A DNA stretch of 64,000 bases. Source: Candidatus Azotimanducaceae bacterium. Its GTDB lineage: Bacteria > Pseudomonadota > Gammaproteobacteria > Pseudomonadales > Azotimanducaceae. How positions within the stretch are numbered: the stretch's first letter is position 1; each line of letters starts with the position of its first letter. Where the stretch lies: positions 81,625 through 145,624 of the forward strand of contig CBFIJB010000007.1 in assembly GCA_965662805.1 (NCBI GenBank), in the 5' to 3' direction. Under the pieces are notes generated by a model. The model was not told the DNA's origin and did not search any database. It saw nothing but the letters and a program-made list of their open reading frames with translations. Positions 9,456 through 19,858 of the stretch are shown here, piece after piece. The translations under genes were made by a program, and so were the position numbers.

Positions 9456-10981
9456 TGACAACCGAACTGGTGGTTGAGGCCAATCCTGCGCTGGAAGTAA
9501 AAAAGGTCGCTGCCCTCGATCTCGGTTCAAACAGTTTTCATCTGGTTGTCGCCAGAATCGTCGCCCAGGATGTGCAGATTCTGCATCGCCTCAAGTTCCG
9601 TGTTCAGCTCGCGGACGGGCTTGATGAAGAAGACCATCTGTCTGAAGAAGCGATTGAACGGGGGCTGGATAATCTGCGTTTGATGGCGGAAAGCTTGAAT
9701 GACTTTCATCCCGATCAGGTTCGAATCGTCGCGACGTATACGTTGCGCAAGGCCAAGAACGCCAACAAATTCATTAAGGCGGCAAAAGAAATTCTGCCGT
9801 ATCCGATTGAGATTATTTCTGGCCAGGAAGAGGCGCGCCTGATCTATTCAGGTGTCGCGCATACCAATTATCACGAAGGTAATCGCCTGGCGATTGATAT
9901 TGGTGGTGGTTCTACGGAGTTGATCATCGGAGAAGGTTATGAGCCCATTCTGCTTCGTAGCCTGCCGATTGGTTGTGTCACCCTGAGTCAGAAGCATTTC
10001 AAGAACGGCGTGATTCGGGAGAAGGGATTTACAAAAGCCATTAGACGCGCGAAACAGGATATTGAGGCTGTTGGCCGCGCCTACCTTAAAACCGGCTGGG
10101 AGTCCTGCGTCGGTTCTTCCGGGACAGTCAAGGCTGTCGTCGAGTTCGCACACAGTCTGGGTACCGAATCCCGTGAGAATCACATCATGCTCGATGATCT
10201 GCGTCGGTTGATGAAGATCTGCACGGAGGCGGGACATGTGGATGAACTCAATTTCCCCGGCATATCTGATGAACGACAGAATGTCCTCCCCGCCGGGCTG
10301 TCGATTCTAACGGCTTTGTTTGAGAGCCTTGGCATTGAATCTCTGGAGTATTCCCCGGGAGCTCTAAGAGAAGGTGTGCTCTACGAGATGGAAGAGCGCA
10401 TGGAAGAAAAGGACATCCGTGAGCGAACGGCACAAAGCCTGGTCACTCGCTATGTCGTCGATGTCGAGCAGGCTCAGCGGGTAAGTGCATCGACGCTGGA
10501 TCTCTATCAGCATGTAAAAAAGAAGTGGCGTATCGATAATCCTGAGCTGCAGAACCTGCTGACCTGGGCAGCACTGCTTCATGAGGTCGGTCTGCACATC
10601 CATTCTCGCAATGTGCACAGGCACTCGGAGTATATCCTCCGAAATGTTGAGTTGCCGGGGTTCAACATCGAAGAGCAGAATCTACTGGCGACGCTGGTGC
10701 GCTTCCAGAGGAAAAAGATTCAGAAAAGCGAGTTTCGGGAATTCATTATGGTTGCGCCGCCAGAGGTAAGTCGGTTGATCTCTCTGCTTCGTCTGGGCGT
10801 GTTGCTGAACTTCACCAGGCAGGACGAGGTGCTCCCTGATATTTCGGTCAGCGTAAAGAAGAATGAAATCTCCCTCGACTTCGGTGTTGACTGGCTATTG
10901 GACAGACAGGTGTTTGCAGCGAACCTGGAGCGGGAAGCTGAACAGATATCCGCGCTTGGAATTACACTCTCGGTGAGCTAG
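9455..10981 (+). CDS. ppx: Exopolyphosphatase / guanosine pentaphosphate phosphohydrolase (Ppx/GppA family)
   Basis: LDLGSNSFHLVVAR and IDIGGGSTELI actin-like ATPase motifs, plus a C-terminal HD-like region LLHEVGLHI. The ATG overlaps the gap stop by 1 nt (TGATG). Confidence 0.9.
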   Translation: MTTELVVEANPALEVKKVAALDLGSNSFHLVVARIVAQDVQILHRLKFRVQLADGLDEEDHLSEEAIERGLDNLRLMAESLNDFHPDQVRIVATYTLRKAKNANKFIKAAKEILPYPIEIISGQEEARLIYSGVAHTNYHEGNRLAIDIGGGSTELIIGEGYEPILLRSLPIGCVTLSQKHFKNGVIREKGFTKAIRRAKQDIEAVGRAYLKTGWESCVGSSGTVKAVVEFAHSLGTESRENHIMLDDLRRLMKICTEAGHVDELNFPGISDERQNVLPAGLSILTALFESLGIESLEYSPGALREGVLYEMEERMEEKDIRERTAQSLVTRYVVDVEQAQRVSASTLDLYQHVKKKWRIDNPELQNLLTWAALLHEVGLHIHSRNVHRHSEYILRNVELPGFNIEEQNLLATLVRFQRKKIQKSEFREFIMVAPPEVSRLISLLRLGVLLNFTRQDEVLPDISVSVKKNEISLDFGVDWLLDRQVFAANLEREAEQISALGITLSVS

Positions 10982-11053
10982 GGAACCGTTCTATGGTCCT
11001 GAGATGAGAATAATCCGGTGCTCCGTAAACCCGTAAGAAACCATCAAATCCTG

Positions 11054-12274
11054 TCATGAACCTTCGGTGCCTGTATGCACATCACTTGGCAGCTCCTGGG
11101 TGTCCAGCTCCTGGACCTTTGGCTTCCTGCGTCGTCTCGTTTTCGGCGGGATCATATCGCGCATGGCTTCAAGCTTGCCGTAGCAGAGAATCTTGTCTCC
11201 GGCTTCCAGTGCACGGGAATAGTTAGGATTCGGAATGATCTTTGCGCCGCGGTAAAGAGTGAGTACATTGATGTCCTTCTCGACAAGTTCAGTATCACGT
11301 ATGGCTGACCCGACAAACTTCGATCCCTCAGGGATGTAGAGCTCGCTGACGCCATAACCGCGGCTGACGGTTAAACGCTGTCTGACATCGATCTCGGGGA
11401 AATCTACCTGTGCGGCAATATAGTCAATGACCGCGCCTGCGACATCCAGCTCCGTACAGGTTTCAATGCCTTCCAGGCCGGGTGATGAGTTCACCTCCAT
11501 GACCTGGGGACCTTCCTTGCTTTCCAGCATGTCTACGCCGGCGACTCGCAGACCCATAATCTGCGTACAGCGAATTGCGGTCTCGATATACTCGTCATCC
11601 AGTTCAACCGGCTCAGCGACTCCGCCCCGGTGAACGTTGCTGCGAAACTCCTGGCCCTGAGCCACCCGGCGCATTGCAGCGACAACCTGGTCGCCCACGA
11701 CGAAAGCTCGGATATCCTTGCCTCGGCTCTCTGCGACGAACTTCTGAATGAGTACATTCTGTTTCTGGCTTTGAAGCAGCTCAACAATCGATTCCGCCTG
11801 TTTGACTGTGTCGGCAAGCAGGACACCAATACCTTGAGTACCCTCTATCAGCTTGATGACGACTGGTGCACCTCCGACCCTTTCGATAGCGGGTAGGACA
11901 TCGTTTTTGTCGCGCACAAATGTCGTCCTGGGAATGCCGATATTGTGTCGACTGAGAATCTGCAGACTTCGAAGTTTGTCTCGTGAGTTCAGAATGCCGT
12001 GCGCCGTGTTTGCACAGAACACGTCCATTTCCTGAAACTGGCGAACTACCGCTGTACCGAAATAGGTTATGGACGCGCCGATTCGCGGCAGCACGGCGTC
12101 ATAGTGACTGAGATTCTTCTGTCTGAAATAGAGGTCCGGATTACCCTGTTCAAGGTCGATCGCAAACTTCAGTGTGTCAAGTACCTTGGCCTCGTGACCA
12201 CGATTCAGCGCGGCTTCTTTCAGCCTGCGTGTGCTGTAGGCTTTCAAGCTCCTGGAAAGGATGGCTAGCTTCAT
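11054..12274 (-). CDS. rimK: RimK-family ATP-grasp alpha-L-glutamate ligase with C-terminal TrkA_C (RCK_C)-like domain
   Basis: The N-terminal 300 aa are typical of RimK: MKLAILSRS..., PVVIKLIEGTQGIGV, MEVNSSPGLEGIE. The extra C-terminal sequence VSELYIPEGSKFVGSAIRDTELVEKDINVLTLYRGAKIIPNPNYSRALEAGDKILCYGKLEAMRDM matches the RCK_C pattern. ATGA overlap with the upstream gene. Confidence 0.85.
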   Translation of the reverse strand: MKLAILSRSLKAYSTRRLKEAALNRGHEAKVLDTLKFAIDLEQGNPDLYFRQKNLSHYDAVLPRIGASITYFGTAVVRQFQEMDVFCANTAHGILNSRDKLRSLQILSRHNIGIPRTTFVRDKNDVLPAIERVGGAPVVIKLIEGTQGIGVLLADTVKQAESIVELLQSQKQNVLIQKFVAESRGKDIRAFVVGDQVVAAMRRVAQGQEFRSNVHRGGVAEPVELDDEYIETAIRCTQIMGLRVAGVDMLESKEGPQVMEVNSSPGLEGIETCTELDVAGAVIDYIAAQVDFPEIDVRQRLTVSRGYGVSELYIPEGSKFVGSAIRDTELVEKDINVLTLYRGAKIIPNPNYSRALEAGDKILCYGKLEAMRDMIPPKTRRRRKPKVQELDTQELPSDVHTGTEGS

Positions 12275-12753
12275 GCGGTCAGTTCCTTCAACATGGCGTC
12301 GTAGTTGCGCACCTTCACGCGCCCGTGAACGTAGGATTGATTGACATCCACCAGCATATTGCCGGCCTGAATGGCGCGTCTGCCCAGCAACATTGGGAAG
12401 ATCATGTCGTCGCGGCTGGTGAGAGTAAACTCGGTTTCAAGTGTGAAAGGTCCCATCTTCAGCGTGGACAGAATCACAAACCTTTCTTCACTGTGTCCAC
12501 CGGAATCTCTGACCACTCGTCGGTCAAAAAGCGGTGCCTGGCAGTCAATGACAATGTCACGGCGCTTGCGGATTGGGTGAATCTTGAAAGACACCATTTC
12601 GCCGCCTTCGCCTTCTATCAACTCAACCTGAAATGCATGCAGTGAAGAGGTCTTCGCACCGGTATCCACTTTCGCCTTGATGGCCGGAATACCGAGCCCA
12701 GGGAGCTTCACCCATTCACGCCAGCCGACAATGTCAGAATCTACTCTCTGCAT
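12271..12753 (-). CDS. Retropepsin-like protease (putative ATP-dependent zinc protease family, RimB-like)
   Basis: Start taken at ATG 12753 (MQRVDSDIVGWREW...). Contains the aspartic-protease-type DTGA in KAKVDTGAKTSSLHAF. Translationally coupled to rimK. Confidence 0.8.
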   Translation of the reverse strand: MQRVDSDIVGWREWVKLPGLGIPAIKAKVDTGAKTSSLHAFQVELIEGEGGEMVSFKIHPIRKRRDIVIDCQAPLFDRRVVRDSGGHSEERFVILSTLKMGPFTLETEFTLTSRDDMIFPMLLGRRAIQAGNMLVDVNQSYVHGRVKVRNYDAMLKELTA

Positions 12754-12795
12754 AAGTCTGATAGTACAGTAAGTCGCTCTTCTTTGTTTTGAATG

Positions 12796-12847
12796 GTCAG
12801 ATGGTTTTGAACTGTCAGATGGTTTTGAGCTGTCAGACGGTCTGACT
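12796..12847. repeat. Tandem direct repeat, about 2.8 x 18 bp (GTCAGATGGTTTTGAACT)
   Basis: Copies at 12796, 12814 (1 mismatch) and a degenerate partial copy at 12832. The repeat lies 42 nt upstream of ATG 12753 on the minus strand and spans the stop codon of the MFS gene (12833-12835). Confidence 0.9.
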
Positions 12848-14014
12848 TCTGATCCCATCGGATTTACGAATTACGGGGTAGATCAGACCCGCACCTGTGA
12901 GCGTGCAGCCCACGACAAACCAGCCACTCAGGGTAAAACCGCCAAGGTCGCTCAGCGCACCACCGACGAACGGTGCCACAGCACCACCAATCAGCACGAA
13001 TGCTGCGTGGGAACCTGCTAATGACCCGGTAGGGTCGAATCGGGAAAGACATCCAAGAAATATCGGCATGATGGCAATCGGCAGCATGGCAAAAACAGGG
13101 GCGGCGATGAAAAACTGCAGAGGTGAGGATGCCGTAGCCAGCAGCAGTGCAGACAGTAATAGAATGACCAGGATAGTACTGATCGGTACCAGTGCGTTCA
13201 TCCGCTCCCCGATGTAGCCGGAAATCAGTGGCAGTGCGATACCTGCCAGGCTGCCTGCCATGAACACATAACCGATCACCTCGGCTTCCAGTGGCACTGC
13301 TCGACCAATTTTGACAATGAACAGACCCAGAGTGCCGTGACCAAAGAAGATAACGCCCAGGCCGATCAGGCCCAGCCAGCCAATCATCAGGCTTGGTTTT
13401 TCAACAGTCTCTTCAGCAATGTGAATGGGTTCGGTCTGTGGTGTTGTTCGAATGAATGCCAGTGCGCACAGTGAACATAGCGCGTAAACCAGGTACAGAC
13501 CGTCGACTTCGCTCCAGGTGGTTATGGAAGGCAGGTGCTCATGCAACCCCAGCGCCCGTGGTAGCGTGAACGCCATAAACATACCCATGACACCAACCAT
13601 GGAATTGATGACACCGAAGGTCAGCTCCGGTTTGTGACTGCGGCCGGCTGTGGTCATGACTGTAGCCACGACTGCACCGAGCGCGAAACCAGCCGGTGCT
13701 CGGCAGAGCAGTAACCAGGTTGTGTCCGGAGCAATGGTCGATGCGAGATTCAGTGTAACGACAACCACAACACCCACCAGATAAACCGCCCTGGCAGGAA
13801 GCCTTGCGGCGAGACGGGCGAAAGTCAGGTTGCCGGCTGCTATCGCGGCCATTTCCGTTGACGCGACCATGCCGGCCATGGTGTTGCTGGCATCGAATGA
13901 CAAAGCAATGGCATCGATGTTGAAGGGCATGCCGATAGAAGCGGCAAACGCCAGGAGCAATACACCTGTCAGTGATATTAGTTGTCCGGTGGTCAGGCGA
14001 ATTTGCAGCGACAT
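12833..14014 (-). CDS. MFS-type transporter
   Basis: About 393 aa. The protein is almost entirely hydrophobic with about 12 predicted helices. Start taken at ATG 14014 (MSLQIRLTTGQLISLTGVLLLAF). Confidence 0.75.
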   Translation of the reverse strand: MSLQIRLTTGQLISLTGVLLLAFAASIGMPFNIDAIALSFDASNTMAGMVASTEMAAIAAGNLTFARLAARLPARAVYLVGVVVVVTLNLASTIAPDTTWLLLCRAPAGFALGAVVATVMTTAGRSHKPELTFGVINSMVGVMGMFMAFTLPRALGLHEHLPSITTWSEVDGLYLVYALCSLCALAFIRTTPQTEPIHIAEETVEKPSLMIGWLGLIGLGVIFFGHGTLGLFIVKIGRAVPLEAEVIGYVFMAGSLAGIALPLISGYIGERMNALVPISTILVILLLSALLLATASSPLQFFIAAPVFAMLPIAIMPIFLGCLSRFDPTGSLAGSHAAFVLIGGAVAPFVGGALSDLGGFTLSGWFVVGCTLTGAGLIYPVIRKSDGIRSQTV

Positions 14015-14018
14015 GATG

Positions 14019-15227
14019 TTAAGTATGCACCGTAACGCGCCTGGCAAGAAAAACCATGGCGATGGTCAGCAACACGTACACGCCTGCTGCGAAATAGTAA
14101 GGCAATACAGGGTTCAACTGATACAGGGCGCCCCCCAGCATTGGGCCGATGAAAAAACCGAGTGGTCCGCATGAGCCAGCTACACCGGCCACTGCTCCCT
14201 GTTCTTCCGGTGAAACGGCAAGAGAAGCACCTGCCATAAAACCTGGTCCGGCGATCCCCATGCCCAGACCGAGAATCATCATGGCGATGGTGAGTATCAG
14301 CTGGGAATTAAAATATCCCATGAGAGCAAAGGCGATAATCAGAAGGGGAATTGCTATTCGCAACAGGGTGAAGGGTGCAAAGCTCATGCGCTGTACGATG
14401 ACGATCTGGGAGAACAGAGAACAACCGGCAGACAACATCATGGCAAGACCCAGGGTCTTTGCCGTGTCTGTGGCACTGAGCCCGAGAGCATCCTGAAACC
14501 TGAAACCCATGGTCTGCTGGACCAGGGCGAAACCCATGAACATGGACACTCCGACGATAACAAATGGCAGGATCCTGGGGTCAGTGTACTTCATTCGTTC
14601 CCGCCTGACCGGTTTATCCATTTGTCTCGGTGGGTCAGGCAGGAACCGCAGGGCAAACAGGCCGTTGAGAAATGCCAGGCCTGCCATCAGCCATAGCGGT
14701 GCCAACAGAGAGATTGCAGCTAGCCCGGCGAACATGGGTCCTGCCATATTGCCGATGTTGTTGGCTGCGCCAGTGGCGCCCATGCCTTTCGTTCTATTCT
14801 CGAGACTTGTGATGTCCGCCATGTAGGCGGTAGAGGCCGGCATGGTGGCTGACATCACGATCGCGTGCAGCATCCTGGCAGCAATCAATGCAATGAACAG
14901 AGGTAATCCCATTAACCAGCCGGACAAACCTGCAGAAAGGACCAGCGTGAACAGGATCGTACCAAATGAAAAACCGAACAGGCCCACCAGCATGACCCGC
15001 TTGCGACCCCAACGGTCACTCTGCCGGCCCCATATGGGTGAAGCGAGAAACACAATCAGCGCTGAAATACCGATGATGCTGGTAATCTGGAACTCAGTCA
15101 GACCCACTTCCCTTCCAATGGGCGCGAGCAGCGGAAAATAAACGGAGAAGCCCATGCCCACGATAACCAGTGAGGTCAGCAGCGTGCGCCTGGCACGTAC
15201 CAGGGGAAACTCTTCCGGCAGGTTCAT
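14019..15227 (-). CDS. MFS transporter (drug:H+ antiporter-like)
   Basis: 402 aa with 12 hydrophobic segments. MFS motif A is present as GRQSDRWGRKRVMLVG. Confidence 0.85.
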   Translation of the reverse strand: MNLPEEFPLVRARRTLLTSLVIVGMGFSVYFPLLAPIGREVGLTEFQITSIIGISALIVFLASPIWGRQSDRWGRKRVMLVGLFGFSFGTILFTLVLSAGLSGWLMGLPLFIALIAARMLHAIVMSATMPASTAYMADITSLENRTKGMGATGAANNIGNMAGPMFAGLAAISLLAPLWLMAGLAFLNGLFALRFLPDPPRQMDKPVRRERMKYTDPRILPFVIVGVSMFMGFALVQQTMGFRFQDALGLSATDTAKTLGLAMMLSAGCSLFSQIVIVQRMSFAPFTLLRIAIPLLIIAFALMGYFNSQLILTIAMMILGLGMGIAGPGFMAGASLAVSPEEQGAVAGVAGSCGPLGFFIGPMLGGALYQLNPVLPYYFAAGVYVLLTIAMVFLARRVTVHT

Positions 15228-15242
15228 GTGGGGTGTCCCGAC

Positions 15243-16328
15243 TTATGGCAGGTAGTCAAATACCTTAAGGTCGTCACTGGCGGCGACATGTCTTTCGATC
15301 ATCTTTGTCATCCAGCGAACAGCGTTTTCGTTGCTCGTATCCAGTGTACCTGCAACCACCGCGGTGTAGACCCAGTCGTAAAGCGTGCATCGTGCATAGT
15401 CTTCCCACAGCCAGTCCATGTCGATGCCCGTGACGCCGCGTGAGGTCAGTCCATCCAGGTAGCGTTCCAGCAACTCTCGCTCGTGGGCCTGGCGGACTTC
15501 CGTTCTGGTGCTCTGGGTCAGGAAGAGCGACACATCAAACATGCCGCGCGCTTTGAGTGGACCCTGCCAGTCGATCACAACCACGTCATGGTGTTCGGGC
15601 TGATTACCGTACAACAGGTTCTCCATTCGATAATCACCATGAACCAGGGTTACAGGTGCTGACATACGTTCGGCCTGAAGGTCGCGAATCGAGGCCAGAA
15701 ATCGATCCTTGTGCAGGTTGATGTGATCGGGAATATTAAAACGTTCGACCATGTTGGGCCAGCCGAAAGTTGCACCGTTGAAGAGCCCATCGGCGTGGTA
15801 ACTGTCTGCGATCCCCGGAATCCAGTCGAGCTTGTCTACCTTGTTCCAGAAAGCGCTGTGCAATTTGGCAAGTTCGTCGATCGCAAGCTCCGTTTGCTCG
15901 AGCGTTGCGCCCTCATACTGGCTGCCAACCGAATACTCGGTGAGATCCTCCATGAGAATCAGGAACTTGTCTCCATCCAGGTCGGTGCAATAGGTTCGGG
16001 GTGTCACGGCTTCAGTCAGTGGATCCAGTTCGGCGGCAAACCGTACCTCTCTTTCTGGCAGGTTGAAGCCCACGGCGGATGTTCGATTGGCTTCATTTGT
16101 GGGTAGAAACTTGGCAATCAGCGTGCGCGGTGCCTCTCCTGCGTCCCCTTCATAGCTTAGCGTCAGCATGGCGAGCTCTGAGCTCATGCCGGTGCCCTCG
16201 GCAAAAATTTCTCTGTCTACACTCTTAATGCGCGACGAAGTTGGCAGGCAGCCGTCGTTATGCAGCACCTTTGTCAGAAATGGCGCAGTCAACCCTTCCG
16301 GAAAATCAGGCAAGTCCCCCACATTCAT
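15243..16328 (-). CDS. Phosphotransferase-fold kinase (CHK/EcKL/APH-like family)
   Basis: Brenner-type catalytic motif LVHGDYRMENLLY followed by VVVIDWQG. 361 aa. Confidence 0.75.
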   Translation of the reverse strand: MNVGDLPDFPEGLTAPFLTKVLHNDGCLPTSSRIKSVDREIFAEGTGMSSELAMLTLSYEGDAGEAPRTLIAKFLPTNEANRTSAVGFNLPEREVRFAAELDPLTEAVTPRTYCTDLDGDKFLILMEDLTEYSVGSQYEGATLEQTELAIDELAKLHSAFWNKVDKLDWIPGIADSYHADGLFNGATFGWPNMVERFNIPDHINLHKDRFLASIRDLQAERMSAPVTLVHGDYRMENLLYGNQPEHHDVVVIDWQGPLKARGMFDVSLFLTQSTRTEVRQAHERELLERYLDGLTSRGVTGIDMDWLWEDYARCTLYDWVYTAVVAGTLDTSNENAVRWMTKMIERHVAASDDLKVFDYLP

Positions 16329-16340
16329 CTCCCTTTCTTA

Positions 16341-17399
16341 TTATTCTTTTTCGGTAACCGGAGTTATCCCGGCAATAGACACCAACGACTCAACGCAGTC
16401 TCGAAGGGTATCCTCGAAAGAACGAAACTCGATGCCGGTGACATTGCAAATACGGTCGTTACGACAGTCACATCCCGCCCACAGTTCCCGGTAGCGTCGT
16501 TCACGCTGTTGCAGTTTTTCCGGATGGACTTCGATGGGGTCTGTGACCTTGAAATCGAGCTCCGGCAGAACTACGGCAATGCCCGCACATACGTCGGCCA
16601 CATCTATGGCATCAGTTGACCAGGCGATAAAGCGTTCGCCATTCGCGACATCGCTGCTTTCCAGCAGACCGATGTGACAATCTGCATCATCCCGGACATC
16701 CACCGGGAACCAGGGTCTGTAGACCCAATTCTGCTCGTACCTCCCGAGCAGCATCTGTTCGACGTGATGTTGCCAGGGACCACCGTTTTTCTGATGAGCC
16801 GATAATATCGGCCCCAGATTGTCCGATGGGCAGCAGGTAATGGGGTCCCAGCCACCATGGACTTCAGCCGCCTCAGCGAATGCATCTTCCGCGATGAGTT
16901 TACCCATGGAGTAACCCTGGGTTGTCGCCGTCCGGCGCGGATTTGCATCATCCGGAAAACGATCTTCATAAATCACCGGCCGTCTTGCCAGTTCCTCCAG
17001 ATCCATCTCAGAGATGACGGCAGCCAGGCTCGACGTCACGACGACGCGGTTAACCGTTCGAGATAGATTGATCGAATTGATGATGTGCTGGCAGACACGG
17101 GCCAGGTAGTCATGATCCGTATAGTCACTGACGTGAGAGACATGTGCGACACCGTGGCAGCCACTGAATATCTCGTCGTAGCAGCCATCCTGATCCAGGT
17201 CAGCATTGTGAAGTGTCAGTCTGCCACTGGTGTAGCCGGGCATCTGCTTCAGAAACGCGACTTTCGAGTTATCGCTCGAATCCCTGACACAGGCCCGAAC
17301 GCGATAACCGCGGTCGAGCAATCGCTTTACTACCCACCCACCGATAAACCCGGCGGCGCCGGTTACCGCAACTGTGCCGCCTGATGGTATCGGTGCCAT
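16341..17399 (-). CDS. NAD(P)-dependent extended-SDR oxidoreductase (epimerase/aldehyde-reductase-like)
   Basis: N-terminal Rossmann motif VTGAAGFIGGWVVKRLLDRGYRVRACVRD and YSMGKLIAE (Y-x3-K). Confidence 0.8.
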   Translation of the reverse strand: MAPIPSGGTVAVTGAAGFIGGWVVKRLLDRGYRVRACVRDSSDNSKVAFLKQMPGYTSGRLTLHNADLDQDGCYDEIFSGCHGVAHVSHVSDYTDHDYLARVCQHIINSINLSRTVNRVVVTSSLAAVISEMDLEELARRPVIYEDRFPDDANPRRTATTQGYSMGKLIAEDAFAEAAEVHGGWDPITCCPSDNLGPILSAHQKNGGPWQHHVEQMLLGRYEQNWVYRPWFPVDVRDDADCHIGLLESSDVANGERFIAWSTDAIDVADVCAGIAVVLPELDFKVTDPIEVHPEKLQQRERRYRELWAGCDCRNDRICNVTGIEFRSFEDTLRDCVESLVSIAGITPVTEKE

Positions 17400-17409
17400 T
17401 GAGTTCCGG

Positions 17410-19635
17410 CTATGCCATCAGGGCATCAAGTGCCGCGTTTAAAGTGGCAGAGGGTCGCATCGCCTTCGCGGTCAGGGCCGGGTCCGGTGAGTAGTAGCCA
17501 CCAACATCCGCGGGCTTACCCTGGGCTGCCAGCAGTTCCTCATTGATCTTGTCTTCATTGGCATGAAGCGTATCGGCAAGTGTCTGAAATTTTTCTTTCA
17601 GCGAAGGGTCTGCATTCTGCGCTGCGACAGCGTCTGCCCAGTACATGGCCAGGTAGAAGTGGCTACCGCGATTGTCGATCTCGTTAACTTTCCTGGAAGG
17701 TGACTTATTGCTTTCAAGGAACTTCGCAATGGCATCGTTCAGTGTGTCTGCCAGGATCTGTGCCTGACCATTATCGAAAGACGCCGCCAGATGCTCCAGT
17801 GAAGCACCCAGTGCCAGGAACTCTCCCAGGGAATCCCATCGCAGGTGACCTTCAGCCTCAAACTGCTGCACATGCTTGGGTGCCGAACCACCAGCACCAG
17901 TTTCAAAAAGACCACCGCCGTTGATCAGGGGTACGATGGAAAGCATTTTTGCACTGGTGCCCAGTTCCAGAATCGGGAACAGGTCAGTCAGGTAGTCCCG
18001 CAGCACGTTGCCTGTGACTGAAATGGTATTCTCACCGTTGCGCGCGCGTTCAAGAGAATGTCTGGCGGCTTCAGGAACCGCCATGATGTGATATTCCACA
18101 TCTGTCAGATCGTGCTCCGGTAAATAACGGTTAACCTTTTCGATCAGGTTGGCATCATGGGCGCGATTACTGTCGAGCCAGAATACGATTGGCCAGCCGG
18201 TTGCTTTCGCACGATTTACTGCCAGCTTTACCCAGTCCTGCACGGGGCCATCTTTTATCCGGCACAGTCTCCAGATGTCGCCTTCTTCTACCTGATGTTC
18301 CAGCAGGGCATGACCCTCGCCGTCGATGACACGTATCGTGCCGTTCCCAGGTGCTTCGAAGGTCGTATCGTGAGAACCGTATTCTTCAGCCTTTTGAGCC
18401 ATCAGCCCAACATTGGGCACGGATCCCATTGTCGTCGGGTCAAAGGCGCCATTTGCGATGCAGTGTTTAATGGTTTCATCATAGAGGCTGGCATAGCATC
18501 GATCGGGTATCACAGCCTTCATATCATGCAGCTCTCCGTCCGGGCCCCACATCTGGCCGGATTCCCGGATTGCCGCAGGCATCGACGCATCGATAATGAT
18601 GTCTGACGGGACGTGCAGGTTGGTGATTCCCTTATCCGAATTCACCATGGCCATATCCGGTCCACTTGCCATGCAGGCGTCCAGGTCAGCCTTGATTTCT
18701 GCAGCCTGATCCGCGGGCAGCTGTTGAATCTTTTCGTAGGCGTCGCCTACGCCATTGCTGGCGTCAACACTGAGCTCCTCGAAGACCGCCGCGTGTTTTT
18801 CAAAAGCTGTTTTGTAGTAAGTGCGAACACAGTGACCAAACATGATGGGATCTGAGACCTTCATCATGGTGGCCTTAAGGTGCAAAGAGAAAAGTACACC
18901 TTCTTCGGTAGAGGCGATCTGCTCATCAAGGAAACTGCACAGTGCCTTCTTGCTCATGAAAGCACCGTCAACAACCTCGCCTTCACTAACGGCGACGTTC
19001 TCGGCAAGGAGCTTTTTGCCGGCACCCCCTTCAAACTCGATCATCAGTGTATCGTCTGCACTCATGACAACAGACTTTTCACTGCCGTAGAAATCACCGC
19101 CGCTCATATGCGCGACGTGAGATTTTGACTCGCCGGACCAGTCACCCATGCGGTGCGGATATTTACGCGCGAAGTCCTTAACTGCTCTGGCGGCGCGGCG
19201 ATCTGAGTTCCCTTCCCGGAGTACAGGGTTAACGGCACTGCCTTTTACCGTGTCATAGCGTGCCTTGATGGCTTCTTCTTCCTCGTTCGACGGTTCTTCG
19301 GGATAGTTGGGCAGGTCATAGCCTTTTTCTTGAAGTTCCTTGATTGCCTCATGCATCTGGGGATTCGATGCACTGATGTTGGGAAGTTTGATGATGTTGG
19401 CTTCCGGTTTCTGGGTCAGATTACCCAGGTAAGCCAGTTCATCCGGAATTCTTTGTTCTTCTGTCAGACGTTCCGGGAAGGTGGCGATAATGCGCCCTGC
19501 CAGGGAGATGTCTCGCATCTCAACATCGACACCAGCAGTGTCGGTAAATGCCTTGATAATCGGAAGGAATGAATAGGTCGCCAGCCTTGGCGCTTCATCC
19601 GTGTCGGTGTAGACGATCTTCGGTGACTCAGTCAT
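17410..19635 (-). CDS. icd: Monomeric NADP-dependent isocitrate dehydrogenase
   Basis: 741-aa ORF. Size and sequence match the monomeric IDH family, e.g. [20 protein letters not shown] and [13 protein letters not shown]. Confidence 0.93.
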   Translation of the reverse strand: MTESPKIVYTDTDEAPRLATYSFLPIIKAFTDTAGVDVEMRDISLAGRIIATFPERLTEEQRIPDELAYLGNLTQKPEANIIKLPNISASNPQMHEAIKELQEKGYDLPNYPEEPSNEEEEAIKARYDTVKGSAVNPVLREGNSDRRAARAVKDFARKYPHRMGDWSGESKSHVAHMSGGDFYGSEKSVVMSADDTLMIEFEGGAGKKLLAENVAVSEGEVVDGAFMSKKALCSFLDEQIASTEEGVLFSLHLKATMMKVSDPIMFGHCVRTYYKTAFEKHAAVFEELSVDASNGVGDAYEKIQQLPADQAAEIKADLDACMASGPDMAMVNSDKGITNLHVPSDIIIDASMPAAIRESGQMWGPDGELHDMKAVIPDRCYASLYDETIKHCIANGAFDPTTMGSVPNVGLMAQKAEEYGSHDTTFEAPGNGTIRVIDGEGHALLEHQVEEGDIWRLCRIKDGPVQDWVKLAVNRAKATGWPIVFWLDSNRAHDANLIEKVNRYLPEHDLTDVEYHIMAVPEAARHSLERARNGENTISVTGNVLRDYLTDLFPILELGTSAKMLSIVPLINGGGLFETGAGGSAPKHVQQFEAEGHLRWDSLGEFLALGASLEHLAASFDNGQAQILADTLNDAIAKFLESNKSPSRKVNEIDNRGSHFYLAMYWADAVAAQNADPSLKEKFQTLADTLHANEDKINEELLAAQGKPADVGGYYSPDPALTAKAMRPSATLNAALDALMA

Positions 19636-19858
19636 TAAATCTTATGCCTTCTCTGATCGGTATCTTTTGGATACTTTTTGTACGTGATTGCCCGGGTCAG
19701 GGCTGAGATGGAGCTCAAAAAAGCGGAGGCATTATAGAGGATATGGAAGCGCTCCGCATTTATTCTGATTTATCGCCATAGCTGGCGCTTATGGCGATAG
19801 ATGGAGGATCGTCGGCAGGAAAGATTGAGGCCGCAGCGATGCCACGCTGCTCTGATAA

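Noticed and set aside
9453-9457. gap-ppx 1-nt overlap as an unusual functional coupling
   Set aside because: Overlapping stop and start codons are common in compact operons, and nothing else in the sequence marks this junction as special.
12754-12858. N-terminal extension MGSEVRPSDSSKPSDSSKPSDHSK... of the rimB-like ORF
   Set aside because: The repeat-encoded peptide arises from the 18-bp DNA repeat and overlaps the upstream MFS gene. The conserved protease-like sequence begins at the internal ATG 12753.
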